Source: Acidobacteriota bacterium (GTDB lineage: Bacteria; Acidobacteriota; CAIWXX01). Taken from it: a stretch of DNA of 64,000 bases. A program made the position numbers and the translations under genes. The DNA lies in the NCBI GenBank assembly GCA_040755995.1, contig JBFMAF010000028.1, forward strand, positions 64,001 through 128,000, given 5' to 3'. Shown in pieces: positions 30,937-41,577 of this stretch; position 1 is the first letter of the stretch; every line of letters starts with the position of its first letter. Under the pieces are notes generated by a model. It worked only from the letters and a program-made list of their open reading frames with translations. It did not search any database and was not told where the DNA came from.

Positions 30937-32664
30937 ATGAAGAGAAAAGTTGCTGATCTGCTGCTGACGTATCTGGCCGAGGAAGGTGTGGAGCACATGT
31001 TCGGCGTGCCGGGCCTTCCGCTTATGCCGCTTTTCGAAGCGTGCAAGCGGGATGCGCGCATAAAGCTCATCATCTCGAAGCATGAAGAAGGAGCCGCGTT
31101 CATGGCGGACGGCTACGCCCGGATCAAGGGCTGCCCGGGAGTCTGTTTCTCGACTTCGGGTCCGGGCGCTACCAACCTGGTGACTGGCGTGGCCAGCGCC
31201 CACTGCAACAACACGCCCCTGCTGGTCCTCACGGGCCAGGTTCACACGGCGACCTACGGCAAGGGGACCTTTCAGGATTCGACCAAGAAAGGCATCGACT
31301 CTGTCGCAATGTTCGACGCGATGACGAGGCAGAGCTCGATGGTGATATCGCGGTACCGCGCGGAGGAAGAGATCCGCGAGGCACTGCGCGTGGCGCTGAG
31401 CGGCAAGCAGGGTCCGGTACACCTCAGCATTCCGCGCGACATACTGGCATCGGAGGTCGAGGAGGAGTTCCGCACCCATGGCACGTATCGGCCGCCCATG
31501 CGGTTTTTCGATCGGGAGCTCGTCATCCAGGCAGCCGAGCGGCTCATGGAGGCCGCCAACCCGGTGATACTCATCGGAAGCGGCGCGGTGCGGTCGGGTG
31601 CGTGCGAAGACGTGAGGGCGCTGGCCGAGATGCTGCACATCCCGGTGGCTTCCACTCCGAAGGCGAAGGGCGCTTTTCCCGAGGACCACCCGCTCGCGCT
31701 CGGCGTCCTCGGCCTGAACGGATCTCCTCTGGCCAACCATTACGTGAGATCGGGCACGATCGATGTGCTGCTGGCGGTCGGTGCGAGCCTGAACCAGATC
31801 ACAACGTCCTCGTGGGACCCGCGGATCGCGCCGACGAAGGCCCTCATCCAGAACGATATCGATCCGGCGGAGGTGGGCAAGAACTACAAGGTCGACATAC
31901 CGCTGGTCGGGGACGCTTGCACGGTGATCAACGAGCTCTCGTTCCGCGTGTTGCGGTATCTGGGCGAGGCGGCCGATCGTATTCGGACGCGTGAGGACGA
32001 GGTCGCGCGCCTCAGGCAGGAGATCGGGATGTTCGTCGATCCCGAGAAGATGCGCTCCGAATCCTCACCCGTCAAGCCGCAGCGGCTGATGAGCGACCTG
32101 CAGGAAGCGATGCCGGAGGACGCGCTGCTGTTCGTCGACACCGGGAACTGCCTGCTCTGGGCCGGCCACTACCTCACCATCAGGAGGCCGAACTCATTTG
32201 TGGCCGAGTACGGACTGCTCAGCATGGGCTACGGCATGGCCGCCCCGATCGGCGGGAAGCTCGCCGCGCCGGATCGGCCCGTGATTTCGGTCGCCGGCGA
32301 TGGCGCGTTTCTGATGAACGGCACCGAGGTCGCCACGGCGGTGAACTACGACATACCCGTCGTATGGATCATCCAGAACAACGCCCGGCTCGCGCTGATC
32401 CATGTGCTTCAGAAGGCCGTCCTGGGCGCCGACGAGAAGATCACGCCGTTCAAGAGAATCGACTGCGCGCGCGTGGCCGAGGGGCTCGGCGCCGTGGGGT
32501 ATCGTATCGAGAAACCGGGCGAGCTCGTCAAGGTTCTGCCCGAAGCGTTGGCGACACGCAGGCCGGCCGTGATCGACTGCATCATCGATGACACAGAGGT
32601 ACCTCCGCTGGGCGCCTTCATCGAAGGCCTCCAGCAGTTCGCGCACCGCCTCGAAATGATGTGA
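30937..32664 (+). CDS. Thiamine pyrophosphate-dependent enzyme (acetolactate synthase-like)
   Basis: FGVPG, HEEGAAFMADGYAR, TSGPGATN, GDGAFLM...NN TPP motif. Confidence 0.9.
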   Translation: MKRKVADLLLTYLAEEGVEHMFGVPGLPLMPLFEACKRDARIKLIISKHEEGAAFMADGYARIKGCPGVCFSTSGPGATNLVTGVASAHCNNTPLLVLTGQVHTATYGKGTFQDSTKKGIDSVAMFDAMTRQSSMVISRYRAEEEIREALRVALSGKQGPVHLSIPRDILASEVEEEFRTHGTYRPPMRFFDRELVIQAAERLMEAANPVILIGSGAVRSGACEDVRALAEMLHIPVASTPKAKGAFPEDHPLALGVLGLNGSPLANHYVRSGTIDVLLAVGASLNQITTSSWDPRIAPTKALIQNDIDPAEVGKNYKVDIPLVGDACTVINELSFRVLRYLGEAADRIRTREDEVARLRQEIGMFVDPEKMRSESSPVKPQRLMSDLQEAMPEDALLFVDTGNCLLWAGHYLTIRRPNSFVAEYGLLSMGYGMAAPIGGKLAAPDRPVISVAGDGAFLMNGTEVATAVNYDIPVVWIIQNNARLALIHVLQKAVLGADEKITPFKRIDCARVAEGLGAVGYRIEKPGELVKVLPEALATRRPAVIDCIIDDTEVPPLGAFIEGLQQFAHRLEMM

Positions 32665-32722
32665 GCGAAGGGAAGTCTGCTCGCAGCCCATAGCGCCCGC
32701 GTGGCGCGAACTCGTCGGGCCC

Positions 32723-33109
32723 CTACGCGAGCTCCAGGTCGGTCTGCGCGAAATCATCGCCTGTGCACAGAAGGGGCTGAGCTGCCAGCTTGGACGTGGC
32801 GTATGAGAGGCAATCGCCGAAGTTGAGCGCAGCCGGGTGCCGGCCTTTGCCGTACCGGGCGTACGCGTCAACAGCTTCCTGCCAGTGCGCCTCGCCGAAC
32901 GGGACGACGCTGATCCCGAACTCCTGCATGAATCGGCTGAGTCGGCCGAGGGGATCGAATGGGAACCGTGCAAGCACTACGATTCCGGTCTCCGTCAGCG
33001 TTGGGGCTCCAATCCCGATGAACTCCGCTTCCACCAGCCGCTTGATGACGCGCTCATACTCTGGTTCCCTCATCAGCACGCAGACCACGGCCGAGCTATC
33101 GACGATCAA
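32723..33109 (-). CDS. vapC: VapC PIN-domain toxin
   Basis: MIVDSSAV...YGKGRHPAALNFGDCLSYA...LLCTGDDFAQTD. Confidence 0.93.
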   Translation of the reverse strand: MIVDSSAVVCVLMREPEYERVIKRLVEAEFIGIGAPTLTETGIVVLARFPFDPLGRLSRFMQEFGISVVPFGEAHWQEAVDAYARYGKGRHPAALNFGDCLSYATSKLAAQPLLCTGDDFAQTDLELA

Positions 33110-33378
33110 ACACCCTCCGGCCCATATCCGAGTATCTCGTCCTCCGCCTCTCGGTCACGGGGACGGTCGAGTAGCTCCTGCGGGAGGTGTGCCCATACCT
33201 CCGTCTCGAGGAACCGCATCGCATCTGCCAGGCGGTCCCTCCGGACCACGCGAAAGGAAAGCCTCTGTCTCCTCTCGTCCAGTGCTCTCCGGATCGCCTC
33301 GGTCTTCGTTTCTCCCGTCATGCTTGCGATCTCGGTCACAAGTCGCTCGACTTCGCTGTTCTTTATGTTAAGGGCCAC
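33106..33378 (-). CDS. vapB: VapB antitoxin
   Basis: MALNIKNSEVERL...TGETKTEAIRRAL...DEILGYGPEGV; overlaps vapC by 4 nt. Confidence 0.9.
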   Translation of the reverse strand: MALNIKNSEVERLVTEIASMTGETKTEAIRRALDERRQRLSFRVVRRDRLADAMRFLETEVWAHLPQELLDRPRDREAEDEILGYGPEGV

Positions 33379-33394
33379 ATCCACCAACTAAGAA

Positions 33395-33423
33395 ATCGTA
33401 CCAACCATGGTAGAAAATGTCAA
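33395..33423 (-). promoter_or_regulatory. Sigma-70 promoter of vapBC
   Basis: Minus strand TTGACA-N17-TACGAT. Confidence 0.7.
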
Positions 33424-33559
33424 CCTATCCACCCGATTTCAGTCGAGTACATCGCCCCGATTCCCGGCAGCACGCCTGCGCTGACAGCGGTAACGGTATC
33501 GAGACTGCGGTCTTCCATCTTTCGAGAACAGTTGGTTGAGAAGGGAGTAAGCCTGATGG

Positions 33560-36500
33560 GTTTCAATTCCCCGAAGGGATGTCTCATCGTTTCCATGGAC
33601 CCATGCCGTGCATCACGTGTGGATCATCATGGGTTTCAATTCCCCGAAGGGATGTCTCATCGTTTCCATCTCCCGCTCGACTACCGCCACCTGGCCAGCG
33701 CAAGCGTTTCAATTCCCCGAAGGGATGTCTCATCGTTTCCATACAAATCATAGCCATTTGGCCACATGCAGCTCCTGCCTCGTTTCAATTCCCCGAAGGG
33801 ATGTCTCATCGTTTCCATACACAACACTGCTCGCGCCCGAGGACCACGATTTGCCGTTTCAATTCCCCGAAGGGATGTCTCATCGTTTCCATGATAGAGA
33901 CGGCCTCGTCTCGGGGTAGCTGGCCGAGAGGTTTCAATTCCCCGAAGGGATGTCTCATCGTTTCCATGCACCTGCAGTCCGATGAATTCGCCCGACTAGT
34001 TCAGGGTTTCAATTCCCCGAAGGGATGTCTCATCGTTTCCATCAGCCAGCCATCCGTGGCAGTGTGTGGGGGTTCACATGTTTCAATTCCCCGAAGGGAT
34101 GTCTCATCGTTTCCATTTTGCGAATCATCATCTCAGTTATGCCCATCTGCGACGTTTCAATTCCCCGAAGGGATGTCTCATCGTTTCCATACCATTCGCG
34201 AAGCTGATCCTGCCTATGGGATTGGACGTTTCAATTCCCCGAAGGGATGTCTCATCGTTTCCATGGAGGGTGTGACCTATATCTTGGCTGTGAGACACGC
34301 AGTTTCAATTCCCCGAAGGGATGTCTCATCGTTTCCATCGGAGCGCCGAGGATCGCTAGGAACACCTCGATGAAGTTTCAATTCCCCGAAGGGATGTCTC
34401 ATCGTTTCCATCTAGGGACGGGAGGATTTTCATGAGTATTGACCTAGAGGGTTTCAATTCCCGGAAGGGATGTCTCATCGTTTCCATGTCCGGGATGGTG
34501 GGACGTGGATTGCCAAGAGCCGCGGTATGTTTCAATTCCCCGAAGGGATGTCTCATCGTTTCCATATACTTTCCCTTGATGTGGTACTGACCCGGGATGC
34601 AGGTTTCAATTCCCCGAAGGGATGTCTCATCGTTTCCATCTCGATACTCGGGTCAGACTGTGAATCGCCTCATGCTCCGTTTCAATTCCCCGAAGGGATG
34701 TCTCATCGTTTCCATTGACGGCAGGGGCGTATGCGGCGTAGGCCTTGTCGGTTTCAATTCCCCGAAGGGATGTCTCATCGTTTCCATTTATCCGATCACG
34801 CGTCTCACCCATCGGTTTGTATCCGGTTTCAATTCCCCGAAGGGATGTCTCATCGTTTCCATGTGAGCTGCCGTCGAGCGATGTCGTGATACTCAATTAT
34901 GTTTCAATTCCCCGAAGGGATGTCTCATCGTTTCCATTGCCATCATTGATTATCTCGGTATCACGCCTCTGCAGTTTCAATTCCCCGAAGGGATGTCTCA
35001 TCGTTTCCATTAACAGATATGCCCATCCTCGACTCCAGGGGCATTGATGTTTCAATTCCCCGAAGGGATGTCTCATCGTTTCCATGGTGCTGGACAGCGA
35101 GCATCTCGGGAGGTATACCGGCCAGGTTTCAATTCCCCGAAGGGATGTCTCATCGTTTCCATTCAGTGGGACTTCCATGTATCCTGCGACCTGCACAGTG
35201 GTTTCAATTCCCCGAAGGGATGTCTCATCGTTTCCATCCATCCGACGAGCGTCAGCTGGTCGCGTCTCATGTCTGTTTCAATTCCCCGAAGGGATGTCTC
35301 ATCGTTTCCATTTGGAAGTGTGGGAAATGGTCCTCAACCACGTACCAGTGTTTCAATTCCCCGAAGGGATGTCTCATCGTTTCCATGGCGGAGGCCTTGG
35401 CGCGCTCGGCGGAGGCCTTGGCGGTTTCAATTCCCCGAAGGGATGTCTCATCGTTTCCATGGAGGAGTGACATGAGACACATGAGACGCGACCAGCTGTT
35501 TCAATTCCCCGAAGGGATGTCTCATCGTTTCCATGATGCTGAGATTGATGCTCTCTCCCCGCCCTCGCTTATGTTTCAATTCCCCGAAGGGATGTCTCAT
35601 CGTTTCCATATCCGGACGCATTACGAGGCGCTGATCCAGGCGATTGAGGGTTTCAATTCCCCGAAGGGATGTCTCATCGTTTCCATACGCGGATGGCCGC
35701 GCCGCTGCATCATGATAGCCCTCCGTTTCAATTCCCCGAAGGGATGTCTCATCGTTTCCATTTTGGCCGTGTCAGTCTCTGAATGAAGCTTCTCCATCTG
35801 TTTCAATTCCCCGAAGGGATATCTCATCGTTTCCATTCCTACGGTGAGGAGGATTGCAACCTATCCCCTGCGCAAGTTTCAATTCCCCGAAGGGATGTCT
35901 CATCGTTTCCATTGGGCCTGATCTCCAGGCCCGATCAGGAGCAGGTGGGGTTTCAATTCCCCGAAGGGATGTCTCATCGTTTCCATAGATCGATCTGTCC
36001 ATCATCCATCACGAGCGGGCTGGTTTCAATTCCCCGAAGGGATGTCTCATCGTTTCCATGGCGAGATCCCGCGCGAGGCTGTCCATCCGCTGGTCCTCCG
36101 TTTCAATTCCCCGAAGGGATGTCTCATCGTTTCCATCTCCGAGCTCGGTAGCCTATCCCCAGGGCGGGGACACATCGTTTCAATTCCCCGAAGGGATGTC
36201 TCATCGTTTCCATTGAGTACGATCCACGCCGGAACAGGTTCGTCGTGAAGGTTTCAATTCCCCGAAGGGATGTCTCATCGTTTCCATAGTCACAGGACTC
36301 GGCTCGCCCATCGGCCATGGCATCAGAGTTTCAATTCCCCGAAGGGATGTCTCATCGTTTCCATACTGTGGCAGGCAGCGCACAACGCTATCCGGCCCAC
36401 CCGTTTCAATTCCCCGAAGGGATGTCTCATCGTTTCCATCAAACAAAAGTTTCACGGCGCTCGAAGCATTTCTCAGGTTTCAATTCCCCGAAGGGATGTC

Positions 36501-38383
36501 TCATCGTTTCCATGATGCCGATCGAGGTCAGGGAATGAGTATCTTCAAGGTTTCAATTCCCCGAAGGGATGTCTCATCGTTTCCATCGAGATCCTGTATC
36601 AAGAGGAGGAGGACGGCACATTCCGTTTCAATTCCCCGAAGGGATGTCTCATCGTTTCCATGCGCAGGGAATGCGAGGAGACGGTGCGTTTCCTCGCCGT
36701 TTCAATTCCCCGAAGGGATGTCTCATCGTTTCCATCATCCACTGGTAGCCTAAGACGAATGCGAGGCAGCGCATCGTTTCAATTCCCCGAAGGGATGTCT
36801 CATCGTTTCCATGCCGCCAATCGAGCAACTGACGCATCCTGCCGTTGTAAGTTTCAATTCCCCGAAGGGATGTCTCATCGTTTCCATGGGCTCGCGCTAC
36901 TGATTGCCAGCGGCGCGGCGAGTTACGTTTCAATTCCCCGAAGGGATGTCTCATCGTTTCCATACGCGACCAATGCATCATGGCATGCGAGTGCAGTAGT
37001 GTTTCAATTCCCCGAAGGGATGTCTCATCGTTTCCATACGTGATCGTCGAATGCCATCACTCGCAGCGCATTGCGTTTCAATTCCCCGAAGGGATGTCTC
37101 ATCGTTTCCATCGGTGCACTCCACCCTTCGAGGCATGTCTCTCCGGTGTTTCAATTCCCCGAAGGGATGTCTCATCGTTTCCATCTGAATGATCGCGGTT
37201 CGCTGGTCTGCCGGCGGTGTCCGTTTCAATTCCCCGAAGGGATGTCTCATCGTTTCCATCTGCTCGTAGGCGTCCCGCGCCTGCTCGTAGGCATCCGTTT
37301 CAATTCCCCGAAGGGATGTCTCATCGTTTCCATGGCGCTGGAGCACCCAGGAACGCATCCCACACCGTCCCGTTTCAATTCCCCGAAGGGATGTCTCATC
37401 GTTTCCATCGGGCATCACAGACAAGGCGTATCGGGCCGGCTCTCGCGGTTTCAATTCCCCGAAGGGATGTCTCATCGTTTCCATTCTGACGGTCGCGATC
37501 GAGCCGATGGGTCTGGAGGTCCTCGGGTTTCAATTCCCCGAAGGGATGTCTCATCGTTTCCATCCAGAGGAGCCGACAATCGAGGAGACGCCAGTTGAGG
37601 CGTTTCAATTCCCCGAAGGGATGTCTCATCGTTTCCATCTAGGATCGCCAGCAGCGAGGCCCACCACGCCGCGCAGGTTTCAATTCCCCGAAGGGATGTC
37701 TCATCGTTTCCATCACTTGTTGCCACTTGAACCCGTCGCCAAGGATCGCAAGTTTCAATTCCCCGAAGGGATGTCTCATCGTTTCCATCCTTGCCTAAGT
37801 ATTTCGTGAGTTTCGGTTCTTGTCGTTTCAATTCCCCGAAGGGATGTCTCATCGTTTCCATCGTTGCTGCGCCTCGATCGCCAACGCCATCAGTCGCTCG
37901 TTTCAATTCCCCGAAGGGATGTCTCATCGTTTCCATGCCGCTTACGATACCAGGCCGCTTCCTCGGGCGACAAGTTTCAATTCCCCGAAGGGATGTCTCA
38001 TCGTTTCCATTCGGCACGATATCGCTGAGCGTGCTCTTGTAGTCGACGTTTCAATTCCCCGAAGGGATGTCTCATCGTTTCCATGAAGGCGACACATTCA
38101 GTTTCTCTCGCGGCCTCGAACGTTTCAATTCCCCGAAGGGATGTCTCATCGTTTCCATATTGGGTTCTGTGGCAGGATTGCGAGCCGGACCTTGCCGGTT
38201 TCAATTCCCCGAAGGGATGTCTCATCGTTTCCATAGTCGGGTCGAGCTCCGGCTCTGCTGGCCGGCGATCCGTTTCAATTCCCCGAAGGGATGTCTCATC
38301 GTTTCCATTGCGATGGGGGCAATCCGCGTTGGTGGTCAGCATCCAAGTTTCAATTCCCCGAAGGGATGTCTCATCGTTTCCAT
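33560..38383 (-). CRISPR. CRISPR array, about 65 repeats / 64 spacers
   Basis: 37-nt repeat GTTTCAATTCCCCGAAGGGATGTCTCATCGTTTCCAT (+ strand); spacers about 35-42 nt; single-base variants near 34451 and 35800 (manual count). The minus-strand form ends ATTGAAAC with a TCCC-TTCG-GGGA hairpin, and the leader faces cas2, so transcription on the minus strand is inferred. Confidence 0.99.
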
Positions 38384-38618
38384 GGCGCCCAGATAGTTGT
38401 ATGTGATGCCAGGCGTTGCTGGTCTTGTTGCGAGAGGGTCGTGGTTCGCCCGATCTCGACGACCATTTGAGCACGGGCTCATTGATCACATCGCAGTACT
38501 CCCCCCGCCGTTGCATGGAGTTACCCTGTGCACGAGAGGTCACGGGTGTTCCCGTTGCTGATCGACCTCTCGCGGCGTCGCGCCGGCCTGGTCCGCTCGT
38601 CCATCGCACATCACCTCC
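38384..38618 (-). promoter_or_regulatory. CRISPR leader
   Basis: Non-coding stretch between the cas2 stop and the first repeat; carries repeated CGAGAGG(G)TC motifs. Confidence 0.75.
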
Positions 38619-38897
38619 TCAGACGATCAAGTCCTGCTTTTCGAGCAGGCCTTTGCTGATGCCGATCCTTTCGAGTCCCCGATGGCATGCGGAGCACAAA
38701 TGGTAGATCACCACCGAATCCTCCCTCTTGTCCATCAGAGATTCGAGCCTGTGTCGCATCCGGACCAGTTGTTGTTCGTCCAGTGCGCATTCGAAGACGC
38801 TGTATTGCGTCCAGACTCCGAAGCTCATCAGCGCCCGGTGGACGGCATTCCTGCGCTTGTCGTCCTCGATATCATAGGCCACAACGAAGCTCGACAT
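38619..38897 (-). CDS. cas2: CRISPR-associated endonuclease Cas2
   Basis: VVAYDIEDDKRR...QYSVFEC...EDSVVIY. Confidence 0.96.
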   Translation of the reverse strand: MSSFVVAYDIEDDKRRNAVHRALMSFGVWTQYSVFECALDEQQLVRMRHRLESLMDKREDSVVIYHLCSACHRGLERIGISKGLLEKQDLIV

Positions 38898-38950
38898 TGC
38901 ACTGCTTCCTCACCCACCACGGCCCGGCCTGTCATGGGTCGCCATCACGG

Positions 38951-40651
38951 TCACCTCACCACCAATGGATAGTACGAGTCGATCTCGCCGGAGAGGTACT
39001 TGGCCAGAATCCTGGCCTGGAGCTCCATAGCCCGGCGATATGGCAGCCGGTAGGAGAATACCGGATGTGTGATCCGATCGCTCTTCCGCTGCTCGTAGAG
39101 GCGGTAGAATCTTTTCCGTGCCGTCTCGTTCATGTAGACGCCTCCCTCCCGGGTCTCAGAATCGTTCGGGGAGACCATTCCGTTGTTCACGAAGGTGAGC
39201 ACCACCGAATCCGCAACGATAGGGCGCATCTCCTCCATCAGGTCGAGCGCCAGGCATGGCCGGCCATACTTCGGCTGGTGGTAGAACCCGACATACGGGT
39301 CGAGCCCCACCGTGGCGATGGTCGAGATCATGTCCTTGGACAGCAGGGCGTAGGCGAACGAGAGTAGGGCGTTGACGGGATCGCGCGGCGGGCGACGGCT
39401 CCTCTTCTCGAAGGAGAAGCCCACGTCGCTCTTGAGCAGTTCGCCGAACACGCGAAAGTAGTCGCTGCTTCCGTTGCCTTCAATCCCGAGCAGCTGCTCC
39501 AGACCCGTGGCGCGGTCCACCTCTTGCAGCCGCATGCGGATTCTCGTGATGCTCTGATGGACGGAGGGGCTCTGCAACGTCCGGTTGTAGCGGAGGAGCA
39601 GGCTGCGCATGTTGGCGAGCTTCGCAGTCACGAACTGCCTGGCCAGCGGGAGGGCTTTCTCGATGTCGGATGAAGCCCGGTGCTGGGCGATCCGCAGGAT
39701 CGAGTTCCTGGAGAACTCAGGGACCAGCGTCCCCTCGTAGTTGCCTCCTGCCGACATGAACACCACGGGTATTCCGCGACCGAGCAGGAACCTCAAGGCC
39801 GGTGTAGTGAATCCCACATTCCCGCCCAGGACCACCTGGTCCACGTTGATCGCCGGCAGGTCGCGCAGGACCTCCTCTCGTGCGCCATCCTCTCGCTTAG
39901 CGACGACGAGGCGCTCATCTGTCTTCCGGATGTAGGCTCCCTGCGTGTCCACATATAGCACATGCTCCATGCCGAGGGAGGGGACCGGGCGCCTGGGCCT
40001 GATCTGGGCACCTTCCGGAGATGGGCGACTCGGCGTCTGCCCGGTCTGCCCGGAGATGCCATCGCCTTGGGCCTGCAAGAGCGCCGTCTCGGCCGGGAGA
40101 CAGATCGGCCTGATGCTGCAGCCGTTGCAGCGGTTGTTATCGAGCGCCGGAGGGATGGCGGGATGGGCCACCAGATCGTGCGCGCGAGAGATGATGTCGA
40201 GAGTCGTGCTGCGCAGCGCCTGGTCGAAGGCCACCTCCTTGCGCCGGTGAGACCCGATGTAGAACAGGTCGCCCGAGGAGACGGAGATGCCTCGGAGCTC
40301 CTCGACGCAGAGTGCTTCCGCGCAGAGCTGGACCTTGTCGTTCAGCCAGTCCCCGAGGTGTCCGCGCTTGTACTCGATCGGCCTCACCACTCCGTTTTCT
40401 TCCTCTATCAAGTCAGCGTAGCCGCTCACTCCCAGCTTCTCGGATGCAACGTAGACCTGCCGGGAGATGGTCTTATCGCCGCGCTTGAGCCCGTAGGCTT
40501 CCTCGTTCACCGCTTGGTGCTTCTGTGCGCCGTCCTCGATGAACTCGTTGCGCCGCTCCTCCCCTTCGATGAATTCGTAGAAGAAGCGGCGGGGACAGTA
40601 GACGAAGGTGTTCAGTTTCGAGATCGGAATGAACACACGTTCGCCATCCAT
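38951..40651 (-). CDS. cas1: Cas4-Cas1 fusion
   Basis: N-terminal Cas4 (YCPRR, ADL, EYKRG, QLCA, CNGCSIRPIC); C-terminal Cas1 (GIEG, RRPPRDPVNALLSFAY, GFYH, LALDLMEEMRP). Confidence 0.95.
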   Translation of the reverse strand: MDGERVFIPISKLNTFVYCPRRFFYEFIEGEERRNEFIEDGAQKHQAVNEEAYGLKRGDKTISRQVYVASEKLGVSGYADLIEEENGVVRPIEYKRGHLGDWLNDKVQLCAEALCVEELRGISVSSGDLFYIGSHRRKEVAFDQALRSTTLDIISRAHDLVAHPAIPPALDNNRCNGCSIRPICLPAETALLQAQGDGISGQTGQTPSRPSPEGAQIRPRRPVPSLGMEHVLYVDTQGAYIRKTDERLVVAKREDGAREEVLRDLPAINVDQVVLGGNVGFTTPALRFLLGRGIPVVFMSAGGNYEGTLVPEFSRNSILRIAQHRASSDIEKALPLARQFVTAKLANMRSLLLRYNRTLQSPSVHQSITRIRMRLQEVDRATGLEQLLGIEGNGSSDYFRVFGELLKSDVGFSFEKRSRRPPRDPVNALLSFAYALLSKDMISTIATVGLDPYVGFYHQPKYGRPCLALDLMEEMRPIVADSVVLTFVNNGMVSPNDSETREGGVYMNETARKRFYRLYEQRKSDRITHPVFSYRLPYRRAMELQARILAKYLSGEIDSYYPLVVR

Positions 40652-40662
40652 CGGAGCTGCGC

Positions 40663-41538
40663 CTATCTCTCACCCCGGCGGGCCGTCCCGACCCGTCTGG
40701 TCTGCCCCATGCCCATGGTGGTCTTGTACCCGGTGCCGCAATAGAAAGCGAAGGACGCCAGCGCGTCGAGCTGTCTGCACATCTCGCCGGCGTCGACTTC
40801 GGCGAAACTCGTCCCCCGGGCCGGACCTATTACCCACTCGACCCTGCCCACGAAGCCGGTCTTACGATACGCCCCGAAGTCGAGTGATCGAGTCTCTATG
40901 TTGGCCCGTCGGAGTTGTGCAGTCTGTTGGACGAATTCCAGCAACCGATCTCGCTCGAAGCTGAGCGCAGGCGGGGCGAATCGGTTCCAGCGGCTGACCC
41001 ATGATTGCACACAATGCCACAGGCTCGGCTCCGCGACATTCCGCGAACGCCCGCGCGACTCCGTGACACGAAAGCACGTAGGCGAATAGAAGCGCATCGC
41101 CAGACCATCTACCGGCTTGGCCTCCTCCCACAGCTTCTCGAACGTGGCGAACCCGCTCCATTTCGTATCCTGGCTCGAGGTGCTCGTTACCCGCATCACC
41201 GTGAACGTCACCTCCTCGAGCGGAAGCACGGCAGACGCAGTCTCGAGGAAGAACCTCGAAACGGTCTCATACAGGGCGTCTGCGAGGAATGTGAACCTCA
41301 GCCAGTACTCGCCACCCACCTGCATGCGCACCCGCCCAGTACCATCCGATTCCAGTGGGCCCTGAAGCGGAGACACAGTGAAGGGCTTCTCGGACTCCGT
41401 GTCATGCATCTCAGCGGCGAGCTCCGGATCCGCTGCCTTGACGATTCCCAGCAACGCCGCGTGTGCGTGCCGCCCCAGAGTAGCCGGGAGCACGGCGGGT
41501 CGCGCAGGCAGCAGCAGCACGACAAGGCTATGGAGCAC
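40663..41538 (-). CDS. cas6: CRISPR pre-crRNA endoribonuclease Cas6
   Basis: LH...KPFTVSPL, FYSPTCF, GFVGRV, G-rich loop GTGYKTTMGMG. Confidence 0.93.
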   Translation of the reverse strand: MLHSLVVLLLPARPAVLPATLGRHAHAALLGIVKAADPELAAEMHDTESEKPFTVSPLQGPLESDGTGRVRMQVGGEYWLRFTFLADALYETVSRFFLETASAVLPLEEVTFTVMRVTSTSSQDTKWSGFATFEKLWEEAKPVDGLAMRFYSPTCFRVTESRGRSRNVAEPSLWHCVQSWVSRWNRFAPPALSFERDRLLEFVQQTAQLRRANIETRSLDFGAYRKTGFVGRVEWVIGPARGTSFAEVDAGEMCRQLDALASFAFYCGTGYKTTMGMGQTRRVGTARRGER

Positions 41539-41577
41539 TCTGCCTCCAGATGGGCATCCTGCTCCCCACCAGCCTAT

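Noticed and set aside
33482..33518. Possible degenerate terminal CRISPR repeat ending TCTTCCAT at about one period from the array end
   Set aside because: Only about 7 bases match; too weak to count.
33560..38383. Self-targeting spacers within this window
   Set aside because: None noticed by eye; an exhaustive alignment was not possible, so this is unproven rather than excluded.
33579..38406. Many ORFs inside the CRISPR array
   Set aside because: Artefacts of a repeat lacking stops in several frames (recurring FQFPEGMSHRFH and similar peptides).
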